DNA from: an uncultured bacterium
Lineage (GTDB): Bacteria > Zixibacteria > MSB-5A5 > GN15 > FEB-12
Assembly (NCBI GenBank): GCA_965372795.1
Contig: CBDVDR010000008.1
Location: 73,622-137,621, forward strand
Direction: 5' to 3'
Length of the DNA: 64,000 nt
The notes under the pieces were generated by a model that saw nothing but the letters and a program-made list of their open reading frames with translations, was not told where the DNA came from and did no database searches. How positions within the stretch are numbered: the first letter of the stretch is position 1; each line of letters opens with the position of its first letter. Shown here piece after piece: positions 38,595-47,880 of the stretch. A program made the translations under genes and the position numbers.

Positions 38595-38798
38595 ATGCGT
38601 TTTGAAATTGAACGATCACCAACCGAAAAAATTATTATTGAAAATTCGGAATACAAAGGACATCAGTTAGTTACTCTAAGGATTTATTTTCTTTCGACTG
38701 ACGAAGAGTGGCTGCCCACTAAAAAAGGCGTCACATTTAAAAGAGAGCAACTTGATGAAGTTATTAATGCTCTTAATAGTATCAAAACCGGCGAGTAA
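38595..38798 (+). CDS. PC4/p15-family ssDNA-binding protein
   Basis: EYKG..LV.LR.YF......WLPTKKGVT motif. Confidence 0.85.
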   Translation: MRFEIERSPTEKIIIENSEYKGHQLVTLRIYFLSTDEEWLPTKKGVTFKREQLDEVINALNSIKTGE

Positions 38799-38823
38799 TA
38801 AATAAAATTACTTTTTTTTAGCC

Positions 38824-39612
38824 ATGTTAATTTTTACAACTGATAAACCACGACTTCTTAGACATTTTCAAAAGGATCCGGTCCTATTTTCTTATCACAT
38901 TGGTGACCTTGATGATTTCTATTTTTCATATTGCCAATGGGGTGCATTATATCATCTAACCCGTGCCAAAATTGAAGAAGTAGTTTTAACTTATACCGGA
39001 TGTGATACTCCAACCGTACTTGCTTTTGGAGTAGATGATAGATTTCAGGAACTTTTAAATGATATTGTAGATTTGCTCCCCCCTAAATTTTATTGCCATT
39101 TCTTTGAGCGTGATAGATCGGTTTTCTTAAAAAATTACAAAGAGACATATTTGGGCAAGCATTTTAAAATGAAACTGACTGACAATGATTCGATTCAGGC
39201 AATAGATATAAATATTCTTAATATTGTAAATCTTGAGAATAAGAATCTTAACGAATTAAAAAAGTTTTATTCGCAGGCTTATCCTGAAAACTATTTTACC
39301 GAACGAATGCTTGAGACCGGAAAATATTATGCAGTTACTGAAAATGAAAAGATTGTTTCTGTAACCGGGGTTCATGTTGATTCGGATGAGTATAAAATTA
39401 CGGTACTTGGTAATATTGCAACCTTGCCTGAATATCGAGGAAAAGGATACGCGACCGCATCTACAGCATTTTTGTTAAAGCAATTGGATTTAAGCGAAAG
39501 ATTAATTTGTCTAAATGTAAAAGCAGATAATGAAGCTGCAATTTCAAGTTATAAAAAACTTGGCTTTGAAATAATCCATGAATATGAAGAATCGATATTT
39601 GTATTAAAGTGA
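38824..39612 (+). CDS. GNAT family N-acetyltransferase
   Basis: LGNIATLPEYRGKGYA, LNV..DN.AAI..YKKLGF. Confidence 0.88.
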   Translation: MLIFTTDKPRLLRHFQKDPVLFSYHIGDLDDFYFSYCQWGALYHLTRAKIEEVVLTYTGCDTPTVLAFGVDDRFQELLNDIVDLLPPKFYCHFFERDRSVFLKNYKETYLGKHFKMKLTDNDSIQAIDINILNIVNLENKNLNELKKFYSQAYPENYFTERMLETGKYYAVTENEKIVSVTGVHVDSDEYKITVLGNIATLPEYRGKGYATASTAFLLKQLDLSERLICLNVKADNEAAISSYKKLGFEIIHEYEESIFVLK

Positions 39613-39627
39613 CAAATTAAAGATCTC

Positions 39628-39837
39628 TTAATTAGTAAAGAAATCAAAAATGTTTCCAAGCTGGCTGCTGTCCGCTTTGAAAATTTCTGTAAATCGACAG
39701 TTTACGCAGGTCACAGTTGAAAATCGGGCACTTTGAACATCAAAAATTTTAGTCCAGAACCCACCAGCGGCGCGAAACTCGCCAATTTCACAGTTTGTGT
39801 TTCCGCATTTTGAACATCTATAATTTAATGGCGGCAT
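39628..39837 (-). CDS. Small zinc-ribbon protein (DUF2082-like)
   Basis: CSKCG...KIFDVQ..F..VTC.NC.FTE.F...NIFDFF; SD GAGGAG. Confidence 0.85.
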   Translation of the reverse strand: MPPLNYRCSKCGNTNCEIGEFRAAGGFWTKIFDVQSARFSTVTCVNCRFTEIFKADSSQLGNIFDFFTN

Positions 39838-39918
39838 ATAATTCTCCTCTGTTTATTTAATATTACTTATAAACCAATTTAATATTCAATTTTTTATGAA
39901 AAAAGAAAAAATAATTAT

Positions 39919-40284
39919 CTATTTTTTGGAGCGATAATTTTCGATTGCCGCCCGAATAGCATCAGGAGCAATATTTGAGCAAGCCATTTTTTCTTCGGGT
40001 AAACCATTGAGCGCCTCGGCAACATCTTCACGACTCAATTTTTCAGCTTCCTCAATCGTCTTACCAATAACTAACACTGACGCCATTGATGAAGTAGCAA
40101 TGGCAGCGGCACAGCCAAAAGTTTTATATTTTACATCGACGAGTTTATTGTTTTCGACTTTCAAAAAAATCTTCATAACATCGCCGCAATGAGGATTGCC
40201 GACTTTTCCGACCCCATCAGGGTCAGAAATTTCCCCTGTATTTCGTGGGTTTTGAAAATGTTCCATGACGGTTTCATTATACAT
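39919..40284 (-). CDS. iscU: Fe-S cluster assembly scaffold (IscU/NifU N-domain)
   Basis: YNETVMEHF.NPRN.G, GNP.CGD, FGCAAAIATSS, L.GLP.EK..CS. Confidence 0.92.
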   Translation of the reverse strand: MYNETVMEHFQNPRNTGEISDPDGVGKVGNPHCGDVMKIFLKVENNKLVDVKYKTFGCAAAIATSSMASVLVIGKTIEEAEKLSREDVAEALNGLPEEKMACSNIAPDAIRAAIENYRSKK

Positions 40285-40332
40285 GGCAAATAAGGTACGT
40301 AATTTTTGAATTAATTCAATAGAAAGAAACGA

Positions 40333-41538
40333 TTAATCGATTAATTTTTGGGCTAAAAGCCTTAAGAATAAGCCAACATCGGTAACCAAACCGATAGTTT
40401 GCATTGATCCACGGTCTTTTAACTTAGTGACAACTGCCGGATTAATGTCTACGCAAATGGTTAATACCCGGGCGGGAATCATATTTCCAACAGCTATCGA
40501 ATGAAGCATGGAAGATAACATTAAAACAATATCAGCATCTTTTAAAATTATGGAATGATGATTTTGAGCTTCGTTCATATCTGTTATTGTTTCAGGCAGC
40601 GGACCATCATCCCTAAGCGAGCCAGCCAGTGAATAAGGAATATCTTTTGTTAAAACGGCATGCATAACACCATTGGTTAAGGAACCCTCTTTTACCAGAT
40701 TGGCAATAGATCCGGCACGACGAACTTCATTGATAGCCCGCAGGTGATTACGATGACCCATTTCAACCGGTTTTCCCGAAGAACCATCAATGCCAAGAGA
40801 AGTATTATAATAGCATGACTCAATATCGTGAACCGCAAGGGCGTTGCCTGAAAGAAGTCCATGGATATAGCCTTGTGAGATCAGACGGGCAAGGTCTGCT
40901 GAACCGCCGGTATGAACGACAACCGGTCCAGCTACCGCAATAACTTTTTTCTTTTTGTTTCTGATAAGCTCTGCTGTAGTATCAACTGCCAACTGGACTT
41001 TTCTTTCAGATGAGACATCGCCCGCCATAAATCCAAAATCTCCTCTGTCACGATCAATAAATTCCGGTTGTACTTTTATTCCTGAAAGTCCGAGTACAAT
41101 CTGCTCGCCTTTTTTGATATCGCGGAATTTTTTTACTTGGGCGGAATTTTTATTAACGACAATTACACCATCCATCCGGAGATTATTGACGTCTAACCAT
41201 TTATTGTTGTATCTCACTTGGGTTGCATGGTTGGTAGTGCTGTAAAAATCAGGAGGGACCACCCCGTCAGCCGGTGCGTTGCCTAAAACAATTTCTTCCT
41301 CCCGATCAATAAAACAACCGAGGCTGGACAGCTTCAACAAGATAGTATTTATTTTTGTAGCATCGTTTGAAATTAGTTTTAAACGAGCTTTTGAAAACTC
41401 ATCATTATTTCGTCCAATGAAAAAATCAAGAATTTCAAACTCACCGCCGTCACTAATAATGGTATCAAAAATCTGTTTCATCTGGCCGGAGTCAATTAAG
41501 TGACCTTCAGCAAGTACTATTTTTGTAATTTCAGCCAT
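40333..41538 (-). CDS. TIGR00300 family protein (LOR/SDH-type, ornithine cyclodeaminase-like)
   Basis: GHLIDSG, FYSTTNH, RMD, FM...VSSER, GPVVVHTG, GNALAVHDIE, LAGSLRDDGPLP, MLHSIAVGN, VDINP.VVTKL.DRGS; start ATG 41538. Confidence 0.9.
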   Translation of the reverse strand: MAEITKIVLAEGHLIDSGQMKQIFDTIISDGGEFEILDFFIGRNNDEFSKARLKLISNDATKINTILLKLSSLGCFIDREEEIVLGNAPADGVVPPDFYSTTNHATQVRYNNKWLDVNNLRMDGVIVVNKNSAQVKKFRDIKKGEQIVLGLSGIKVQPEFIDRDRGDFGFMAGDVSSERKVQLAVDTTAELIRNKKKKVIAVAGPVVVHTGGSADLARLISQGYIHGLLSGNALAVHDIESCYYNTSLGIDGSSGKPVEMGHRNHLRAINEVRRAGSIANLVKEGSLTNGVMHAVLTKDIPYSLAGSLRDDGPLPETITDMNEAQNHHSIILKDADIVLMLSSMLHSIAVGNMIPARVLTICVDINPAVVTKLKDRGSMQTIGLVTDVGLFLRLLAQKLID

Positions 41539-41615
41539 AAATCTTTTATCGGTTTTTCTTTTATTAAAGTTAATCGCTGGTTTTGCTTTTACAAAAACTA
41601 TTGTATATTCCAAAA

Positions 41616-42722
41616 ATGGTAATTGAATTTGATAAGAAAGAACGTGAAAAAGCTTTATTAGTTGCTCTTTGTAAGAATTCAAAGCTTCGAGCTGATACTG
41701 AACTTTCATTAAAGGAACTCTCTTTGTTGGCTTCATCAGCCGGAGCCAAGGTACTTGGCAACAGGATACAGAATAAACCGAAGCCGAATCCGGCATTTTA
41801 TATTGGAAAAGGCTTAGTTGAAGAACTCAAAGAAGAACTAAAAGACAAAGGCGGGAATTGTATCATTTTTGATGATATACTTTCACCGGCACAGCAAAGA
41901 AACCTTGAAAAAGCTTTTGAAGTTAAAGTTATTGACCGGGCAATTCTTATTCTGGATATTTTTGCAATACGAGCCCGTACATCTGCTTCTCGATTACAAG
42001 TCGAACTTGCCCAGCTTGAATATACTTTACCCCGTTTAACCGGAGCCTGGGTGCATTTTTCAAGGCAGTATGGTGGTATTGGCGCTAAAGGTCCGGGGGA
42101 AACCCAGTTGGAGATTGATCGTCGTCAGGTACGGACAAAAATATCTCAACTTAAAAAAAGACTTAAAAAATTAGATATTCAACGACAAACCCAGCGTAAA
42201 CGAAGGCAGTCTTTATTTAAAATTGCAATGGTAGGCTATACCAATGCCGGTAAGTCTACTCTCTTTAATAGACTTACCAAGTCAGAAGTTACAACTGCGA
42301 ATCGTTTATTTACTACTCTTGATTCAACAACCAGAGTTATGTCATCCGGCTATCCTTGTCAGATTGTTTTTTCTGATACGGTTGGTTTTATTCAAAAACT
42401 TCCTCATCAATTAGTAGAATCGTTTAAGTCAACCCTTGAAGAAGTCAAACTTGCCGATCTGTTATTACATGTGGTTGATTACTCCAGTCTTAAAAAAGAT
42501 GAACAGATCAGTCAGACTATGTCAGTACTTAAAGAAATTGATGCTCATAAAGTGCCTTCATTACTCATTAATAATAAAATTGATTTAATTGAGGATCCCT
42601 TGAGTATTTCTGATGAAAATAACTTCTATATTTCTGCTCATACCGGAAAAGGAATTTCAGCTCTTCAAGCTGAAATTATTTTACGTTCAAATAACTTCAT
42701 GGCTCAACATATTAGAAAATAG
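41616..42722 (+). CDS. hflX: GTPase HflX
   Basis: LSPAQQRNLE, LILDIFA.RA, LQVELAQL.Y.LPRL, GPGETQLE.DRR, VGYTNAGKSTL, DTVGFI, NKID. Confidence 0.96.
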   Translation: MVIEFDKKEREKALLVALCKNSKLRADTELSLKELSLLASSAGAKVLGNRIQNKPKPNPAFYIGKGLVEELKEELKDKGGNCIIFDDILSPAQQRNLEKAFEVKVIDRAILILDIFAIRARTSASRLQVELAQLEYTLPRLTGAWVHFSRQYGGIGAKGPGETQLEIDRRQVRTKISQLKKRLKKLDIQRQTQRKRRQSLFKIAMVGYTNAGKSTLFNRLTKSEVTTANRLFTTLDSTTRVMSSGYPCQIVFSDTVGFIQKLPHQLVESFKSTLEEVKLADLLLHVVDYSSLKKDEQISQTMSVLKEIDAHKVPSLLINNKIDLIEDPLSISDENNFYISAHTGKGISALQAEIILRSNNFMAQHIRK

Positions 42723-42770
42723 TATTAAATATAATCTAATTTTGTCGATATAAGAATTAGAGGAAATAAT

Positions 42771-43127
42771 ATGGCAAAGACTATTCTAATTGTAGATGAC
42801 AACCCAAATATGTCGGCTTTACTGTCGGAAATGCTTGATATTTTCGATTTTGAATCGGTATTAGCACGAGACGGTAGAGAAGCACTAGACAAACTTGAGG
42901 ATAAAAATTTCTCTTTGGTAATCACAGATATGAGAATGCCTAATATGACAGGCTTGGAACTACTTGAAAAAGTAAAAGAAAAATTTCCTAAAATGCCGGT
43001 AGTATTAATTTCCGGCTATTCAATAGGAGATTTTGAAGATAACAAGGCTGCTAATAAACCTGATGGTTTTCTTGCTAAACCATTCATGATGTCTGATATA
43101 GAAAAACTTCTTAATTCTCTCTTATAA
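42771..43127 (+). CDS. Single-domain response regulator (receiver)
   Basis: ILIVDD, TDMRMP.M.G, ISGY, KPF. Confidence 0.92.
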   Translation: MAKTILIVDDNPNMSALLSEMLDIFDFESVLARDGREALDKLEDKNFSLVITDMRMPNMTGLELLEKVKEKFPKMPVVLISGYSIGDFEDNKAANKPDGFLAKPFMMSDIEKLLNSLL

Positions 43128-43191
43128 TTTCAAAATCTGATTCTTTCGTTTTCTTGTTTACAATCGTATATTCTTTACTGTTTATTATACT

Positions 43192-43866
43192 ATGTTAAAA
43201 GATTATTTAAAATTATCTCAGTTGTTTTCTGAATTGGATGAACAATCCTTAACGGAAATAAGCATGGCTGCGTCTCTTAAGAAAATTTCCAAAGGTGAAA
43301 TAATATTTTATGATGGTGATCCGGCGATTGCATTTTTCATTGTTGGATCAGGGAAAGTTAAAGTTTATAAATTGTCCAGTGAAGGCAAAGAACAAATTCT
43401 GATGATCGCATCCCCCGGTGATAGTTTTGCCGAGGCGGCACTCTTTGGAGAAAAAATATATCCAGCATCAGCAGAGTGTATAGAGGACAGCGAAGTTATC
43501 ATGTTTCATGGAGACAAATTTATTGGAGTTTTAGGACGTAATCCAAACCTCGCATTTGCCATGATTGCCCGATTATCAGAATTGCTTCGTAAACTAACCA
43601 AACTTGTTGAAGGATTAGCTTTGACCGATGTTACCACTCGGTTAGCGCATTATTTAGTGGAAAAAATTGAAGAGTCTGAAAATGAAAAAATGACTTTAAC
43701 TCTCACTGAAAAAAAATCAATTCTGGCTTCCCTATTAGGTACAATTCCCGAAACTCTTTCGAGATCGTTTTATAAACTTACAAAAGAGAAAGTTATTGAA
43801 GTCAACCGATCTAATATCCAAATACTTGACTATGAAAGACTTATAGAAATATCCAATCAAGGTTAA
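43192..43866 (+). CDS. Crp/Fnr family transcriptional regulator (HcpR/Dnr-like, no FNR cysteine cluster)
   Basis: cNMP-like domain (GKVKVYK.S.EGKEQIL, FAEAALF, YPASAE) and HTH LA.LLGTIPETLSR. Confidence 0.9.
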   Translation: MLKDYLKLSQLFSELDEQSLTEISMAASLKKISKGEIIFYDGDPAIAFFIVGSGKVKVYKLSSEGKEQILMIASPGDSFAEAALFGEKIYPASAECIEDSEVIMFHGDKFIGVLGRNPNLAFAMIARLSELLRKLTKLVEGLALTDVTTRLAHYLVEKIEESENEKMTLTLTEKKSILASLLGTIPETLSRSFYKLTKEKVIEVNRSNIQILDYERLIEISNQG

Positions 43867-43920
43867 CCAGCGTAGTTTTAAGATTATTAGGAAAATAGAA
43901 TTTATCCTTGAAACAGCCGG

Positions 43921-43934
43921 TTGACTTAAGTCAT
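43921..43934. promoter_or_regulatory. FNR/HcpR-like binding site
   Basis: TTGAC-TTAA-GTCAT with a perfect 12-bp core TGACTTAAGTCA, between the Crp/Fnr gene and its downstream gene. Confidence 0.6.
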
Positions 43935-43997
43935 ATATTTATATCCTGTTTTCTCCGATTATTATCATAAATAATAAGAATTAAAAGGAGAAAAATT

Positions 43998-44492
43998 ATG
44001 GGATTTTTTAAAAAAGAACAACAACCCACCGAATGTGGTTGCCCCGGATCGGCAATGCAGCAATTTGACGATCAGGAATCAACTGAAGCTCAAGGAGAAT
44101 CAGTTTCAATTCCGTCTGAATTACGTCAATGGCCGGTACAGTTAATGTTGGTACCACCTACAGCTCCATACTTCAAAAATTCAGAATTAGTAATAACTGC
44201 CGATTGTGTGCCGTTTGCTTATGGTAATTTTCATCAGGACTTTTTAAAAGATAAACCGATTGTAATAGCCTGTCCGAAATTGGATGATTTACAATTCTAT
44301 GTTGGTAAATTGACTGAAATTTTCAAGGCTAATGATTTGAAATCATGTGAAGTGCTTTTAATGGAAGTTCCTTGCTGTGGCGGATTAGCTGAAGCTGCCA
44401 GAGCTGCTAAAGAACAAGCCGGCGCAACCTTTCCTCTCAAAGTAACAACCGTTGGTGTTCGTGGTGAAAATATGGGAACTAAAGAAATCTAA
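43998..44492 (+). CDS. FrdX-like Cys-rich iron-sulfur protein (lacks N-terminal ferredoxin domain)
   Basis: CGCPGS, SELRQWPVQL.LVPP.APYF, ADCVP, FH.DFL, CPKLDD, MEVPCCGGL; strong SD AAGGAG. Confidence 0.8.
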   Translation: MGFFKKEQQPTECGCPGSAMQQFDDQESTEAQGESVSIPSELRQWPVQLMLVPPTAPYFKNSELVITADCVPFAYGNFHQDFLKDKPIVIACPKLDDLQFYVGKLTEIFKANDLKSCEVLLMEVPCCGGLAEAARAAKEQAGATFPLKVTTVGVRGENMGTKEI

Positions 44493-44835
44493 GCTATAAA
44501 TTTACCGTTGAGGAATTGTACGGTTGCTATACCTTTAGTTATGCTATCTTGTGCTAAATAAATTATTAGGCGTTACTGAAAAAGATATTGAAAATTATTG
44601 ACACTGTAACGCCTACAATTCCATTTGAAATATATCATTGAACTCGGTTGGTTAACCGAAATAAATCTTTTTTAATTAAATATAATTATTTACTAATGAC
44701 ATTTCCCTTTACTGTGTCCATGACTATGATGAGAATTATTATTTTCAACAATGGTTAATTGTTCATTTTTGTCATTATATAGAGAAAAATAAAGCGCAGA
44801 ATTATAGAAAATACTTTTTATGTCAGGAAATTAAT

Positions 44836-44862
44836 AAAAAAAGGCGGAATTGAATTCCGCCT
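44836..44862 (-). terminator. Rho-independent terminator of the minus-strand M1-like gene
   Basis: AGGCGGAATT-G-AATTCCGCCT with an A7 run on the left (U tract on minus strand). Confidence 0.75.
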
Positions 44863-44885
44863 CTATTTATGCCTGAATTCTATGG

Positions 44886-47117
44886 TTATTTTTTCTTCAC
44901 ATTATCTTTTGAAAGAACTGAAAAGAATTCATTAAAATGAAATTTCTTCGGGTTTGTTTCAAATGGTCCGAGTTCAAAGGTTGATTTCCCTGCTGGAATC
45001 ATTTGCTTTATAAAACTACTATTATTTTCTTCTTCGACTCGAATAATAACCGGCATCTTAAATTCATCAGGTACTTTTTGAGTATTACATTGAACTTCAA
45101 CGAAATATTTGCCATCTTTTTGAATCATCGAATATTCAATATCATATTCAGGGTAATTGGTGCCATAAAGCCATTGACTAAAGAACCAATCAAGCTTGTC
45201 GCCATACCTTTTTTCGGCTATTTGGACAACATCGGCGTTACTAAAAGTTTTACTATTGGAACGAACGATCAACTCATGTAGAAATTTAATAAAGATTCGA
45301 TCTGACTGGGTTTCGGTATCAAACATTAAAAACCGCAGCATGTGAATCAGCCAGGCACCTTTATTCTGACGAATAGTTGCAAATGGGACAGTTTCGGAAG
45401 CCCTGAAACCGGTTGCAAGGGGCACGTCCCAGTTACGATCAACGATCCGATAAACCGAGTCACGTTTATTTACTAAATTGGAATAGAACTGACTGCCATC
45501 TAAGTCAGCCTGCATAAAAAGCAATGAAAGATATTCCGGAACAGCCTCGTAGAGCCAGGCTTCACGGTTGGATGCGTGTTGTGCCAGCGAACCATACCAT
45601 TGTCTGGCAACCGTATTTCCGGCAAGAATATGAAAGCCACCGACATCTTCCAGAGAACCGTCGGTTATACAGGCAATTTGAGGAGCTTTAATTAAACCCG
45701 GCATGCTGAGTAAATATCCCTCGGGGTAAATGTATTCAACAAAGGTACCGAATGGGGCGCCGAATCTCCCGGCATAAAAATTAAAAGCTCTCAAAATTGT
45801 TCCTTCAAATTTATCGTCGGGGATATAACAATCCATCCGTTTATGAAGGTGTTTTGATTTTAGAAAATTAAGGGTCAAACCCATATCAGAGGTTTGGCTC
45901 AAGGTATCGTAACCCGAGGCATAACCCTGGAAAATGTACTTTCTGTATGGTCTTTGGGTTTTGATTGTAATCTGTTTTCTTCCCTTGTCAAGCTGTGTTC
46001 CTTCAACCATATCCGGTCCGATATAGTTATAATCTTTTGGGACATTCAAAGTAATTGTATTCATAAATGGTTTTGGATTTTCAAAAGCCGGCAGGGCACA
46101 GTCAAAAGTTTTACCTTTATACCATAATGTTAAGGCGATGGTATCACCCTTAAATTTGTATTCGGGAAGAATTATATTAATACATCCAAAATCCCTTCTG
46201 TGATGATAATCGACCGGAATACCCTTGTAAAACACAGAATCAGTTTTAATGTTAAAATGTAAAAACATAGTTATAAAACGAAGACTGTCGTCATTTATAG
46301 CGAGTCTGACCGTGCATTCTCCCGGATCTATTGCCATGCCATCAAGTCCGGTCATTTCTAAAGTCGCATTGATATCAATTGGTTCAATATTGTAGGAAAT
46401 GTTTGACAGATCGGAGTTATCATAAATTGCAGATTCTTTTTTTTGGAGTACTACTCCGTCAGTTGCAACAACATCGCCACCTTCTATTTCATAGGCAAGT
46501 CTTACTTCTTCAGCACGATCCGGATCGAAACTAAAATTAAAACGATTAAAATCAATCCAAAAATATCCATCGTTGTTTCGTTCGTAGACAGATTTCAGCA
46601 GTTGGAAATTATTATCATACTTATGCTTGATACTTGGGCGGAAAAAATATTCCCCTTGTGATTCCTTAGCGACGTTATAGGTACGCCATCCGAGCTCTTC
46701 ATCTTCAAATTGAAAATTTTCTTCAAGCAGCTTGTCAAAATCATCAGCCATGCGTATAAAACAGTTCTCAAAATTTTCATTGATCATAGAATCATTAGCA
46801 ATTGAAGATAGTGATAGTTTTTCCATTTCAGATGGAATAACAATCGTTGCCGTACCTTTACCAATAAAAATGGCTGTTGTCGGCCTGTTCTCAATATAAC
46901 GCAGAAGATGAATAGTACCTTCTTCAAAAGTGAAGGTTGCGATATCTTTTTTATAAACGAAATTTTTAACTTGAGCAACTCTTCCATAACTTTTTAGCAG
47001 ATCAATTTCGATCTGTGAATAATTATCTTTTAATTGCTTGAAGAATTCGCTTTCATTTGCATTTGCAGATATACTGTAGATCATCAGAATTAATAACAGT
47101 AAGCAACATTTTTTCAT
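44886..47117 (-). CDS. Secreted M1 aminopeptidase-fold protein, probably catalytically inactive
   Basis: Signal peptide; QWYG...WLYE...EY, KGAWLIHMLR, LDWFFSQWLYGT..P motifs of the M1 family, but HExxH replaced by NTVAR. Confidence 0.75.
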   Translation of the reverse strand: MKKCCLLLLILMIYSISANANESEFFKQLKDNYSQIEIDLLKSYGRVAQVKNFVYKKDIATFTFEEGTIHLLRYIENRPTTAIFIGKGTATIVIPSEMEKLSLSSIANDSMINENFENCFIRMADDFDKLLEENFQFEDEELGWRTYNVAKESQGEYFFRPSIKHKYDNNFQLLKSVYERNNDGYFWIDFNRFNFSFDPDRAEEVRLAYEIEGGDVVATDGVVLQKKESAIYDNSDLSNISYNIEPIDINATLEMTGLDGMAIDPGECTVRLAINDDSLRFITMFLHFNIKTDSVFYKGIPVDYHHRRDFGCINIILPEYKFKGDTIALTLWYKGKTFDCALPAFENPKPFMNTITLNVPKDYNYIGPDMVEGTQLDKGRKQITIKTQRPYRKYIFQGYASGYDTLSQTSDMGLTLNFLKSKHLHKRMDCYIPDDKFEGTILRAFNFYAGRFGAPFGTFVEYIYPEGYLLSMPGLIKAPQIACITDGSLEDVGGFHILAGNTVARQWYGSLAQHASNREAWLYEAVPEYLSLLFMQADLDGSQFYSNLVNKRDSVYRIVDRNWDVPLATGFRASETVPFATIRQNKGAWLIHMLRFLMFDTETQSDRIFIKFLHELIVRSNSKTFSNADVVQIAEKRYGDKLDWFFSQWLYGTNYPEYDIEYSMIQKDGKYFVEVQCNTQKVPDEFKMPVIIRVEEENNSSFIKQMIPAGKSTFELGPFETNPKKFHFNEFFSVLSKDNVKKK

Positions 47118-47171
47118 ATAGATTTCCTTTCCCTCTTTATACTGGCATTCTATTTATAACGAATCGTCCGG

Positions 47172-47729
47172 TTATTTGTCAATTTTTCTTCCGGTTAAAT
47201 TTTGTATTATTTTTAAAAATTGAAGGTACTTTTCATCACAATTAATCCGGGCTTCAATAAAAATATACCCGGGATGGTCTTTCCATACATTTTTAAGCGC
47301 ATTTTCAATTATTAGAGCTTCTTCAATATTTTCAATTCTAATCTGATCCTGAGTATAAAACTTATCCCCAAGGTTTGCAGCTGATCCAAGCTGGATCACA
47401 TGATTATATCTACGATACTCATTCTCTAAAGTTGTTCCTACAGTTGATATTGTTTCCGGGTGAAAGGCAAAGGCATCAACAGTGCCCCGGTCGGTTATAA
47501 ATGAGTAGTTCGAGTATTCATTTTCCCGCTCTATTTGTTTATTATAAATTAGAATATGAAATTCAAGCCAGTTCTTGCGGAAATTCGAGTTTTCCTTTAA
47601 CAGTTGGCGAGCCATTTCATCAAAAAAAATAAATTCCTCAAATGATTTTTCTTTTCGAAGCCGGTTTAGAAATTCTGTTTTCCCTGATCCCGGTCCGCCA
47701 GTGATTACTATTTTATAATTATCTTTCAC
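47172..47729 (-). CDS. AAA_28 / NadR-kinase-like P-loop NTPase
   Basis: IVITGGPGSGKT, E.AR, Q..RE, DRG..D..A, R.E..EEA. Confidence 0.8.
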   Translation of the reverse strand: MKDNYKIVITGGPGSGKTEFLNRLRKEKSFEEFIFFDEMARQLLKENSNFRKNWLEFHILIYNKQIERENEYSNYSFITDRGTVDAFAFHPETISTVGTTLENEYRRYNHVIQLGSAANLGDKFYTQDQIRIENIEEALIIENALKNVWKDHPGYIFIEARINCDEKYLQFLKIIQNLTGRKIDK

Positions 47730-47880
47730 TATTAAATATTTACACAGTTGATTTATTAAGTCAATAATTTAAATGATGAATTAACAGCTTCGTTTAAAAA
47801 ATAATTGTGTGACATTTACTCTACTCTCTCGTATAATGAGTTGAGTTTCTACTTTAATTCTATTGTCATAGAGGTTACTG

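Noticed and set aside
41539..41796. N-terminal extension of the 487-aa minus-strand ORF
   Set aside because: Overlaps hflX antisense; family similarity begins at MAEITK (41538).
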